From positions 7,247 through 71,246 of the forward strand of contig JBGVIN010000023.1 of NCBI GenBank assembly GCA_045123255.1: a stretch of DNA of 64,000 bases, given 5' to 3'. Below the pieces are notes generated by a model, which saw nothing but the letters and a program-made list of their open reading frames with translations, did no database searches and had not been told where the DNA came from. Positions 27,654-38,026 of the stretch are shown piece by piece (positions within the stretch are counted from its first letter, which is position 1; each line of letters begins with the position of its first letter). The stretch comes from Eubacteriales bacterium. Its GTDB lineage: Bacteria; Bacillota; Clostridia; Oscillospirales; CAG-272. The translations under genes and the position numbers were made by a program.

Positions 27654-28055
27654 ATGGGATTTTGGATTTTTATGAGTCTTATGGTGCTTCTTATGCCCGT
27701 TATGCTTATCGTAATTGGCGTAATCTATATGAAAAAGGCACCGTCTGAAATAAATAATTTATCGGGCTATCGCACACGCCGTTCAATGAAAAATAAAGAA
27801 ACGTGGGATTTTGCACACCGCGTTTACGGCAAGGCTTCACTTATTATCGGTGCTGTTTCAGCTCCACTGTTTTTCATTCCTATGCTTTTCTTTATAAACA
27901 AAGACAATAATGCAGTAAGCGTAGCCGCACTTGTGATTATTTCAATTGAAATGATACCACTTTTTCTTTCGTTTATTCCCGTTGAAATTTCGCTTAAGAA
28001 AAATTTTGACGAAAACGGAAATAAAATCGAAGTGCCAAAAAATGAAAACAAATAA
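27654..28055 (+). CDS. SdpI/YhfL-family membrane protein
   Basis: Multiple TM segments, and GYRTRRSMKNKETWDFAHRVYGK typical of the SdpI family. Confidence 0.62.
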   Translation: MGFWIFMSLMVLLMPVMLIVIGVIYMKKAPSEINNLSGYRTRRSMKNKETWDFAHRVYGKASLIIGAVSAPLFFIPMLFFINKDNNAVSVAALVIISIEMIPLFLSFIPVEISLKKNFDENGNKIEVPKNENK

Positions 28056-28057
28056 TT

Positions 28058-28084
28058 AAAACCGAGGTGCGCCTCGGTTTTTTC
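28058..28084 (+). terminator. Terminator
   Basis: aaaaccgagg-tgcg-cctcggttttttc. Confidence 0.8.
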
Positions 28085-28149
28085 TTGCTTTTTTTATTAT
28101 TTAATGATATAATATAAATTAGATAACTATGTGATGGGGAGGCAAAATT

Positions 28150-28758
28150 ATGGCGCTTGAAAATAAATTAGGTATTGAAAGCTCGGTGGAGCTTGCAGAT
28201 GTTGAAGAAAAAATAACGAAAAAACGCGCGCTTGAAATTTATGAAAGCGGATTTCTTGACACGCTTGAAAGTGGCACTTTTTCCTCCTTATCTAAAATTC
28301 ACAAATACCTTTTCGGTGATATTTACGAATTTGCGGGCAAAATACGCGAGGTTAATATTGCAAAGGGAAATTTCCGCTTTGCACCTCTTATGTATCTTAA
28401 TGAGAGCTTAAAAAATATTGATAAAATGAAGCAGTCAAGCTTTGATGAAATCATTGAAAAATACGTTGAAATGAACATTGCTCACCCATTTAGGGAAGGA
28501 AACGGTCGCTCTACGCGCATTTGGCTTGACTTAATCTTAAAAAAGGAGCTTGGCTACGTTGTTGACTGGTCTCTTGTTGACAAGGAGGACTACCTTTTGG
28601 CAATGGAAAGAAGCCCTGTGCGCGATATTGAAATTAAGCACGTTATTAAAAACGCTTTGACGGATAAGATAAACGACCGCGAGATATTTATGAAGGGCAT
28701 TGACAACAGCTATTTTTACGAAGGCTATAAATCATATAAAACTGAAGATTTAATTTAA
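28150..28758 (+). CDS. fic: Fic-domain protein (AMPylase-type), class III with C-terminal inhibitory helix
   Basis: Fic motif HPFREGNGRSTR. The C-terminal SYFYEG fits the (S/T)xxxE(G/N) inhibitory motif. Confidence 0.85.
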   Translation: MALENKLGIESSVELADVEEKITKKRALEIYESGFLDTLESGTFSSLSKIHKYLFGDIYEFAGKIREVNIAKGNFRFAPLMYLNESLKNIDKMKQSSFDEIIEKYVEMNIAHPFREGNGRSTRIWLDLILKKELGYVVDWSLVDKEDYLLAMERSPVRDIEIKHVIKNALTDKINDREIFMKGIDNSYFYEGYKSYKTEDLI

Positions 28759-28783
28759 CAAATTTAATTTAACGGAGATAATT

Positions 28784-30022
28784 ATGAAAAACGTAAACGT
28801 AAGAGATTTCGGTGCGATAGGCGACGGTGCAACTCTTGACACGGTAGCTATTCAAAAGGCAATTGACGCGTGCGAGGCGGGCGATACGCTCGTTTTTGAC
28901 GGCAAGGGATTTTTCCTTTCAGGCACGCTAAGATTAAAGGGCGATATGAAAATTTATATTGAAAAGGGCACAGAGCTTTGTGGCTCGCGTAACCTTAACC
29001 ACTACTATGTGAACGAGTTTTACCACAACGAAATGGTAAAAACTATTTCGCTCCTTTACGCGCTTGACTCCAACAATATCGAAATGTACGGTGGCGGTAA
29101 AATCATTTTAAGCGGTGATGCTTTTGCAAACTTTAGTTGCGGCTCACCCGAATTTATGCGCGACGAAAACCAAACCTTAAAATACGAGGAGCAAACGGTA
29201 ATAGGGCCTGATGACAAAATTGCGCGTCCTACACAGCCGATTTTCTTTAACAACTGTAAAAATATACATATTCATGACCTTCAAATATTTAATTCACCCT
29301 GCTGGACGTTTACGTTCTCCAACTGTGAAAATATCGTTTTTGAGCGTTGCTACGTAGACAACCACAACCGTATTGCAAACAATGACGGCGTTCATTTTTC
29401 CGCATCGAAAAACATCATAGTTCGTGACTCAACCTTCCTTTGCGGTGACGACTGCTTTGCGGCAACCTGCATTACAAACACCGAAGGTGTGTGCGAAAAT
29501 ATGGAAATCAGTAACTGCTTAATGTCCTCGCGCTCAGCCGCGATTCGCTTTGGACACCTTTACAGTAAGGTTAGAAACGCGACTATTAAAAACGTTGAAA
29601 TTTTGCCCTCAAACCGTGCAATTTCAATCTTTACAGGCGACGACGGAATAGTTGAAAATATTAAAATTGAAAACGTAAGAGCTAAAACTCAAATACACGC
29701 CGGCTGGTGGTGGGGCAAGGGCGAGGGCTTCGTTATCTGCGCTAAAAACACAACAGGTAAAATTAAAAATATTGAAATCAAAAATTGCTCCTTTACAGAG
29801 GAAAACCCGTCAATTATCGTTGGTGACGGTGAAAACCTTGACGGCGTAACAATTGAAAATTGCTCCTTCAAGTACGAAAAGGGCGACACACATCCATACT
29901 ACTACGGAAAAATGGATATTCAACCAAACGTGCCCGAAATTTTTGAGGCACCGTTCAAAACGGGCGACCTGCTTTATAAGGAAGGCGCGAAAAACGTATA
30001 CGTTGACGGCAAAAACATCTGA
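28784..30022 (+). CDS. GH28-like pectate-lyase-fold glycoside hydrolase, no signal peptide
   Basis: N-terminus VRDFGAIGDGATLDTVAIQKAIDAC, with NNDGVHF and CGDDCFA motifs. Confidence 0.72.
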   Translation: MKNVNVRDFGAIGDGATLDTVAIQKAIDACEAGDTLVFDGKGFFLSGTLRLKGDMKIYIEKGTELCGSRNLNHYYVNEFYHNEMVKTISLLYALDSNNIEMYGGGKIILSGDAFANFSCGSPEFMRDENQTLKYEEQTVIGPDDKIARPTQPIFFNNCKNIHIHDLQIFNSPCWTFTFSNCENIVFERCYVDNHNRIANNDGVHFSASKNIIVRDSTFLCGDDCFAATCITNTEGVCENMEISNCLMSSRSAAIRFGHLYSKVRNATIKNVEILPSNRAISIFTGDDGIVENIKIENVRAKTQIHAGWWWGKGEGFVICAKNTTGKIKNIEIKNCSFTEENPSIIVGDGENLDGVTIENCSFKYEKGDTHPYYYGKMDIQPNVPEIFEAPFKTGDLLYKEGAKNVYVDGKNI

Positions 30023-30058
30023 CCCTGTGTCTGAATTTTAATAAAAAAAGGAATATTT

Positions 30059-31342
30059 ATGGCTTTAACTAACGAAAAAATAATTGCCTACACAAGCATC
30101 TTAAAGGAAGAGCTTATTCCCGCTATGGGCTGTACTGAGCCTATCGCTATTGCTTATGCCGCGTCTATTATCTCTCACGCACTCGCCTCTTACCCAAATG
30201 AAATAAAAATAGGTCTTAGCGGAAATATAATTAAGAACGTAAAAAGCGTGATAGTTCCGAAAACAGGCGGTATGCACGGCATAAATTCCGCGGTTTGTGC
30301 AGGTATTGTTTCAGCGTCCCCAAGTAAGAAATTAGAGGTGTTATCCTCAATTAAACCCGAGGACGTGTCTAAAATTCGCGATTTTCAGAATAGTGCAAGC
30401 ATTGAAATTTACGAGCTTGACGGCTCAGCCCCGTTTGAAATTTACATTGAGGGCTTCCTTGGCTCACAGAGTGCAAGCGCACATTTACTAAAGCGCCACA
30501 CTAATTTAGTGTCAGCTTGCTTAAACGGACAGGACGTAACCTTAAATTATCAGTCACCCGACGATATTGTAGAGAAGGAAGCAACCGACCGCTCGTCCCT
30601 TAACGTTGAGGAAATTTTAGAGTTTGCCGAAACGGTTAGCCTTGACGAGCTTGCCCCTATACTTGAAATGCAGCTTGAATACAATATGGCGATTGCAAGG
30701 GAAGGAATTTCGCGCGATTTTGGCGCGTCAATAGGTCGTACTCTATATCTCAATTCAAACGGCGATACAAGGACGCTTGCGCGTGCTTATGCGGCGGCGG
30801 GGTCTGATGCAAGAATGAACGGTTGTGAGCTTCCTGTGTGCATTATTTCGGGTAGCGGCAACCAAGGTATTACCGCATCCGTTCCACTTTACATTTACGC
30901 CGAAAAGCTTGGCTCATCAAGGGAAGAGCTTTTGCGCGCACTTATCGTTTCGGACTTAATTACTATCCATCAAAAAACAGGCATCGGCTGTCTTTCCGCG
31001 TACTGCGGTGCTATCTCTGCAGGCGTTGGCTCGGGCTGCGGTATTTGCTATCTTTACGGCGGCAGATACTACGAAATTGCCCATACGCTTGTTAACGCGG
31101 TTGCAATCCTTTCAGGCACTATTTGCGACGGCGCAAAATCCTCTTGTGCGGCTAAAATTTCAATGGCTGTCGAAGCAGGCATTATGGGCTATGAAATGGC
31201 AAAAAGCGGCCATCAATTCTACTCGGGTGAGGGAATTGTAACAAAGGGCGTTGAAAAAACTATTAAAAACGTCGGACGCTTGGCATCTGTCGGAATGAGC
31301 GGAACTGACAAGGAAATTATAAAAATTATGCTGGGTAAATAG
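30059..31342 (+). CDS. UPF0597/YhaM-family protein (L-cysteine desulfidase-like)
   Basis: AMGCTEPIAIAYAA near the N-terminus, plus GSGNQGITASVP and ICDGAKSSCAAK motifs. Confidence 0.72.
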   Translation: MALTNEKIIAYTSILKEELIPAMGCTEPIAIAYAASIISHALASYPNEIKIGLSGNIIKNVKSVIVPKTGGMHGINSAVCAGIVSASPSKKLEVLSSIKPEDVSKIRDFQNSASIEIYELDGSAPFEIYIEGFLGSQSASAHLLKRHTNLVSACLNGQDVTLNYQSPDDIVEKEATDRSSLNVEEILEFAETVSLDELAPILEMQLEYNMAIAREGISRDFGASIGRTLYLNSNGDTRTLARAYAAAGSDARMNGCELPVCIISGSGNQGITASVPLYIYAEKLGSSREELLRALIVSDLITIHQKTGIGCLSAYCGAISAGVGSGCGICYLYGGRYYEIAHTLVNAVAILSGTICDGAKSSCAAKISMAVEAGIMGYEMAKSGHQFYSGEGIVTKGVEKTIKNVGRLASVGMSGTDKEIIKIMLGK

Positions 31343-31507
31343 TTTTTTGAAGATAATTTTTCGTTAAAAAATCAGTCAGATAATAAAAAAATAATTAACA
31401 AAAAGAGTAAAATTTTGGGATTTTTTTCTTAAATTTTGCTCTTTTTTATTTTATATATGTAAATTTTCTATTAACAAATATTACAAAAAACACTTGTTTT
31501 TATAGTT

Positions 31508-31582
31508 TTTTCCACACAATAAGTTGAAAATGTATATATAATAAAGAAGAAATTTTTCATTTTTTCTTGACAGTTTTCCACA
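31508..31582 (+). promoter_or_regulatory. Two DnaA boxes upstream of dnaA (oriC left part)
   Basis: TTTTCCACA at 31508..31516 and 31574..31582 (1 mismatch to TTATCCACA), in a very AT-rich 368-nt spacer. Confidence 0.65.
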
Positions 31583-31710
31583 CCTGTGCTATACTATATA
31601 TAATTATAATTATATGTATAACTATATTTAGGCGCATTTTTTACATATTTTGCGCTTTTAACTTCTCGCGCGTGCGCTATACGTGCGCGTATGAGTATGA
31701 AAGGAGCTTT

Positions 31711-33099
31711 ATGAATCTCAATTCTCTTGACCTTGAGGGCATTCGTGCAATGCTTATTGAAATGCTTCTTATGGACAACTCGTCAACCGCGGTTAATTTA
31801 TGGTTTGGCGACCTAAAGCTTGCATCACTTGATGAAAACGAAGCGATTTTCGTTTCACCGACTGACTTAAAAAAGAAAATTATTCAGCAGCGCTTTGCTA
31901 TTTCAATGGCAGACAAGCTTAATGAAATTTTAGGCTTTGAGCCATCGGTTGTTATTTATTCCTCGGAGCACGGTGAGGTTGACCTCTCACTTAAAAATCC
32001 GCAGCCACAGCCAGAAGCGATTAGCGCACCGTCGCAAGCATTAAATCAACCGATCAGCGCACAGGACAGCTTCCGCTCGGAATATACTTTTGAAAACTTC
32101 GTTGTCGGCGCTTCAAATAAGTTTGCTAACTCTGCCGCAGTTGCGGTTGCAAGCCAAAACTTCGACGGATTTAGTAAAAAGGACTACAACCCACTCTTTA
32201 TTTACGGCCCTAGCGGTGTCGGCAAAACGCACTTACTTTACGCTGTGGTAAACAAGATTTTATCATCCTATCCGAATAAAAAAATTATTTACGTTAAGGG
32301 TGAGGAATTTGCAAATCAGCTCTTTACCGCGATAAGAAAGCACTCAACAGAGGAGTTTAAGAATAAGTACAGAGATGCAGACGTTTTGCTTATCGACGAT
32401 ATCCACTTCGTTGCAGGTAAGGAAACGCTTCAGGAGGAGTTTTTTAACACCTTCAACGCAATTTACGATGCGAATAAGCAAATGATTTTTACCTCTGACC
32501 GTCCGCCGCACGAGATGAAATCGCTTGAGGACAGGCTCCGTACAAGATTTATGGCAGGACTTATCGTTGACATTCAGCTTCCCGACTATGATTTAAGATG
32601 CGCTATTTTACAGCAAAAGGCGCTCATAAATCATCTTCAAATTTCAAGCGATATAATAAGCTACCTTGCAGAAAACGTTACCTCGTCGATAAGACAGCTT
32701 GAGGGTGTTATTAAAAAGCTCGGTGCTATTCAGCTTCTTGAGGGCGGCGATATCAGTATGGAAAGAGTTAAAAGCTCAATAAACGAGTTTGTACCGAAGA
32801 AGGACTCAGACCAAAAGAAGATGGACGATATCATTTTGGCGGTTTCTAAAAAGTTCGGCATTTCACGCGACGATATTTTATCAACGAAAAGAAATAAGGA
32901 AATTGCAATTCCAAGACATATTTGCGTTTACGTTGCACGCCAATGCACCAACCTTTCACAGTCGCAAATCGGTAAGGCAATTAACCGCGACCGTACAACC
33001 GTTATTTCAAGTGAGAGCTTCGTTAAGGAAACAATGGAAAACGACAGCTCCTTTAAGTACGAGGTTAACAGCATTATAAGAGAAATTTCATCTACATAA
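31711..33099 (+). CDS. dnaA: Chromosomal replication initiator DnaA
   Basis: YTFENFVVGASNKFA, Walker A GPSGVGKTHL, IDDIHF, and the C-terminal DNA-binding segment KEIAIPRHICVYVARQCTNLSQSQIGKAINRDRTTV. AAGGAG is upstream of the ATG at 31711. Confidence 0.95.
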   Translation: MNLNSLDLEGIRAMLIEMLLMDNSSTAVNLWFGDLKLASLDENEAIFVSPTDLKKKIIQQRFAISMADKLNEILGFEPSVVIYSSEHGEVDLSLKNPQPQPEAISAPSQALNQPISAQDSFRSEYTFENFVVGASNKFANSAAVAVASQNFDGFSKKDYNPLFIYGPSGVGKTHLLYAVVNKILSSYPNKKIIYVKGEEFANQLFTAIRKHSTEEFKNKYRDADVLLIDDIHFVAGKETLQEEFFNTFNAIYDANKQMIFTSDRPPHEMKSLEDRLRTRFMAGLIVDIQLPDYDLRCAILQQKALINHLQISSDIISYLAENVTSSIRQLEGVIKKLGAIQLLEGGDISMERVKSSINEFVPKKDSDQKKMDDIILAVSKKFGISRDDILSTKRNKEIAIPRHICVYVARQCTNLSQSQIGKAINRDRTTVISSESFVKETMENDSSFKYEVNSIIREISST

Positions 33100-33110
33100 T
33101 TTTTCTTATC

Positions 33111-33198
33111 TTTTCCACATTTTATCAACACGCGAAAAATCCCTTAAAATCAAGGGCTTGTCCGTCTTTTCCACCTCGTTTTTTTCAACGGTGGAAAG
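33111..33198. promoter_or_regulatory. Three DnaA boxes downstream of dnaA (oriC right part)
   Basis: TTTTCCACA at 33111, TTTTCCACC at 33167, and GGTGGAAAG at 33190 (the reverse complement of CTTTCCACC). Confidence 0.6.
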
Positions 33199-33339
33199 AA
33201 TGTTTCTAAGTTTTGGCAATTTTGGGTAAAATTTTATTTACGGCTTTTTCAAAATTACCAACATTTTTCAACAGGGGTGAGTGAATAAAATTTCCTCAAA
33301 ACGGTTATACTATATAGCTTTACAGGGCTTTTCAACGTA

Positions 33340-33415
33340 TTAACCACCCCCTACTACTACAACTACTACAATATATAAATATAAATTAAAATAAAAGAAA
33401 AATAAAAGAAAAAAT
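33340..33415 (+). promoter_or_regulatory. Origin unwinding module: DnaA-box-like 9-mer, GC cluster, DnaA-trios, AT-rich DUE
   Basis: TTAACCACC (33340), then CCC. Next come seven trinucleotides, CTA CTA CTA CAA CTA CTA CAA (33351..33371), with complement 3'-GAT-5'. A 44-nt pure A/T tract follows (33372..33415). This is the same layout as the Bacillus subtilis dnaA-dnaN incC unwinding element. Confidence 0.7.
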
Positions 33416-33452
33416 CCATTTTCGTTTTTTTGGATTTTGAAAGGATTTTACA

Positions 33453-34607
33453 ATGATTGCTATTTTTGATAAGGACGCGCTTCTTTCAGCTATCGGTCCT
33501 ATTATGAATACCGTTTCGGGCAAAAACACAATGGCTTGCATTGAGGGTATTTTAATTGAATGTAACCAAGAGGATAATATTTGTACTCTCACCTCGTACG
33601 ACCTTGAAAAGGGAACGAGAACTCAGCTTGACTGTAACGTTATTGAAAGAGGTAAATGCATTATAAATGCTAACAAGCTTCTTCAAATTATAAGAACGAT
33701 GCCGAAGGGTCCTATCAAAATTTCCGTTGATACCTCATACCGCACGGTAATAGAAAGTGAAAACGGCTTATCTCACTTTGACTTTAAGGCACTTTCAGCC
33801 TCAGAGTTTCCAACCCTTCCCGAGCTTCGCGCAGACCGCGGCTTCAAAATTCCGCAATACCTTTTTAGAAAGTTCGTTAACAGAATTTTGTTTGCAATAG
33901 GACAAAACGATACCCGTCCCGTATTCAACGGTGCTTATTTTGAAATCAGAGATAAGAAAATGACTATTGTTTCATGCGACGGCAACCGCTTGGCTCATCT
34001 TGAATACGAGGCTGAGCTTGAAAACGCAAACGACTCTAAGGCTCCGCTTTATATTCTCTTTATCGTTCCGGGTAAAACCTTGGTTGAGCTGCTCAAGCTC
34101 GTTAAGGACACTGAGGAAACGATGGAAATCCGCGTTGCTAACCGTCAGCTTATTTTCAAGGTTGGCAAATACGTGCTTTTCTCAAAGAAAATTGAGTCAG
34201 CCTATATTGACTACGAAAGAATTATGCCAAAGCAATCAAATATCGAATTTTATCTTAACTGTGAGGAGTTAAGAGGCGCTTTTGAAAGATCTGCACTTAT
34301 CATTGAGGACAATCTTGCGGGCACACTCCGTCCTTACGTTAAGTTTACAATTGACGAGGTGCTTTCAATCTCAACGCTTTCCTCAAACGGAAACGTATAC
34401 GACGAGATTGAAATTGAAAAGATTAAGGGAGACGAGCTTGTTATCGCGTTTAACTGCAAGTTTTTCCTCGATGCATTAAAGGTATGTGATGGCGGCAAGG
34501 CAAAATTAAGCTTTGTTAACCCACTCACAGGCGTTTTGATTGAGCCGCAAAATACGGACGAGGGTAAATTTACTTACTTCATTATGCCAATGAGAATGAC
34601 GCACTGA
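33453..34607 (+). CDS. dnaN: DNA polymerase III beta sliding clamp
   Basis: 384 aa, immediately downstream of dnaA. It has the DTRPVFNGAYFEI motif and the C-terminal YFIMPMRM. Confidence 0.93.
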   Translation: MIAIFDKDALLSAIGPIMNTVSGKNTMACIEGILIECNQEDNICTLTSYDLEKGTRTQLDCNVIERGKCIINANKLLQIIRTMPKGPIKISVDTSYRTVIESENGLSHFDFKALSASEFPTLPELRADRGFKIPQYLFRKFVNRILFAIGQNDTRPVFNGAYFEIRDKKMTIVSCDGNRLAHLEYEAELENANDSKAPLYILFIVPGKTLVELLKLVKDTEETMEIRVANRQLIFKVGKYVLFSKKIESAYIDYERIMPKQSNIEFYLNCEELRGAFERSALIIEDNLAGTLRPYVKFTIDEVLSISTLSSNGNVYDEIEIEKIKGDELVIAFNCKFFLDALKVCDGGKAKLSFVNPLTGVLIEPQNTDEGKFTYFIMPMRMTH

Positions 34608-35794
34608 TGAACGTTACTAAAATTGAATTTACCTCGTTTCGTAATATAGAAAGCGAGATTATTGAATTTAATGACGGTATTAACGTTATTTACGGTGAAA
34701 ACGCGCAGGGCAAAACGAATATCTTAGAGGGAATTTACCTCTTTGCAAGAGGAAAGAGCTTTCGTGCCTTCAAGGACAAGGAGCTTGTGAATTTTGAAAG
34801 TAGCGTTGCCTATGCAGTTCTTGACTTTAATACGAGAGATGAAAAAACGAGGCTCGGTGTTGAAATTTCAAAATCCTTGCCGAAAAAGTTTTACAGAAAC
34901 AACGTTAAAATAAATAAAACCTCGGAGATTATAGGTGAATTCCGTGCGGTTTTGTTTTGTCCGTCACACCTCGGCATTATAAAGGACGCACCTGCGGTAA
35001 GAAGAAAGTTTATTGACGTGGCAATTTCTCAGCTAAGACCCGTTTATCTTAAAATGATGACAAGATACAACCAGGTTTTGGAGGAAAGAAACACTATTAT
35101 AAAAATGACTCCGCAGGAAAGGGAGGCTAACGAATCCTTGCTTGACGTTTACAGTGAGGAGCTTGCTTCGCTTTGCTGTGATATTGCCGATATAAGAAAC
35201 GAATATATAAAAAAGCTCGACTACTGGGTTAAGATTTTCTTTAATGAAATGACAAGCGGTAAGGAAATTCCGAAAATCACCTACGAATCAAACGGAGACG
35301 ATGGTGATTTTGAAAGCAGAGAAGCGTTAAAGCAAAGATATTTACATCTTTTGACCGACTATAAGGAAAGAGAATATAAATACGGTGCAACTCTTTTCGT
35401 AATTCACAAGGACGACCTAAAAATAGAAATTAACGGCCGTGATTCACGCCTTTATTCCTCACAGGGACAGCAGCGCTCGCTTGCCTTGGCTATGAAAATG
35501 GCAGAGGGTGAAATTTCCCGCGAGGGCAAGGGTGAATATCCCGTGTTTCTTTTCGACGACGTATTATCCGAGCTTGACGATACACGAAAAAAATATATTT
35601 TATCAAATATAAAGGGCAAGCAGGTTATTATAACCGCTTGCGACAAAAGCGTTTTTGAAAATAACGAGGGATGCCACTTTATAAATATCAAAAACGGAAA
35701 AAAAGGCGAAATTTTAAGCGATTTTTCAGTAGATAACAGTGATAAGTGCGAAAACAGTGAAATGAGCGAAAAAACGCCCGAAACGGAGCTATAA
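34607..35794 (+). CDS. recF: DNA replication and repair protein RecF
   Basis: FRNIES..IEFNDGINVIYGENAQGKTNILEGIY (Walker A), SQGQQRSLALAMK (signature) and FLFDDVLSELD (Walker B). Confidence 0.9.
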   Translation: MNVTKIEFTSFRNIESEIIEFNDGINVIYGENAQGKTNILEGIYLFARGKSFRAFKDKELVNFESSVAYAVLDFNTRDEKTRLGVEISKSLPKKFYRNNVKINKTSEIIGEFRAVLFCPSHLGIIKDAPAVRRKFIDVAISQLRPVYLKMMTRYNQVLEERNTIIKMTPQEREANESLLDVYSEELASLCCDIADIRNEYIKKLDYWVKIFFNEMTSGKEIPKITYESNGDDGDFESREALKQRYLHLLTDYKEREYKYGATLFVIHKDDLKIEINGRDSRLYSSQGQQRSLALAMKMAEGEISREGKGEYPVFLFDDVLSELDDTRKKYILSNIKGKQVIITACDKSVFENNEGCHFINIKNGKKGEILSDFSVDNSDKCENSEMSEKTPETEL

Positions 35795-36025
35795 ATGTAT
35801 ATACATATAGGAAATAACAAGGTCGTTAAAAAATCTATGATTTTAGGCATATTTGACCTTGACTCATCAACCGTTTCAGTTAAAACGAGGAGCTTTTTAA
35901 GTCAGGCACAAAAGGAAAAAAGAGTTATTACCCTTTCTTACGAGCTTCCGAAATCATTTATTATATTAAACAATAACGAGGTATATCTTTCCCCGCTTAA
36001 TACCTCATCAATAATTAAGGGATAA
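35795..36025 (+). CDS. DUF370 (RemB/YaaB-like) small protein
   Basis: 76 aa, MYIHIGNNKVVKKSMILGIFDLD. It holds the conserved position between recF and gyrB. Confidence 0.72.
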   Translation: MYIHIGNNKVVKKSMILGIFDLDSSTVSVKTRSFLSQAQKEKRVITLSYELPKSFIILNNNEVYLSPLNTSSIIKG

Positions 36026-36053
36026 ATTAGCCAAACGAATATTATTTGGCTAA

Positions 36054-37994
<1,941 letters not shown>

Positions 37995-38026
37995 TCAATC
38001 GAAAAATAGATTGAGGAGTAAATAAA

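Noticed and set aside
31567-31710. A longer DnaA beginning at 31567.
   Set aside because: The extension is hydrophobic, AT-rich translation of the oriC spacer and covers a DnaA box. AAGGAG plus the ATG at 31711 gives a normal DnaA N-terminus.
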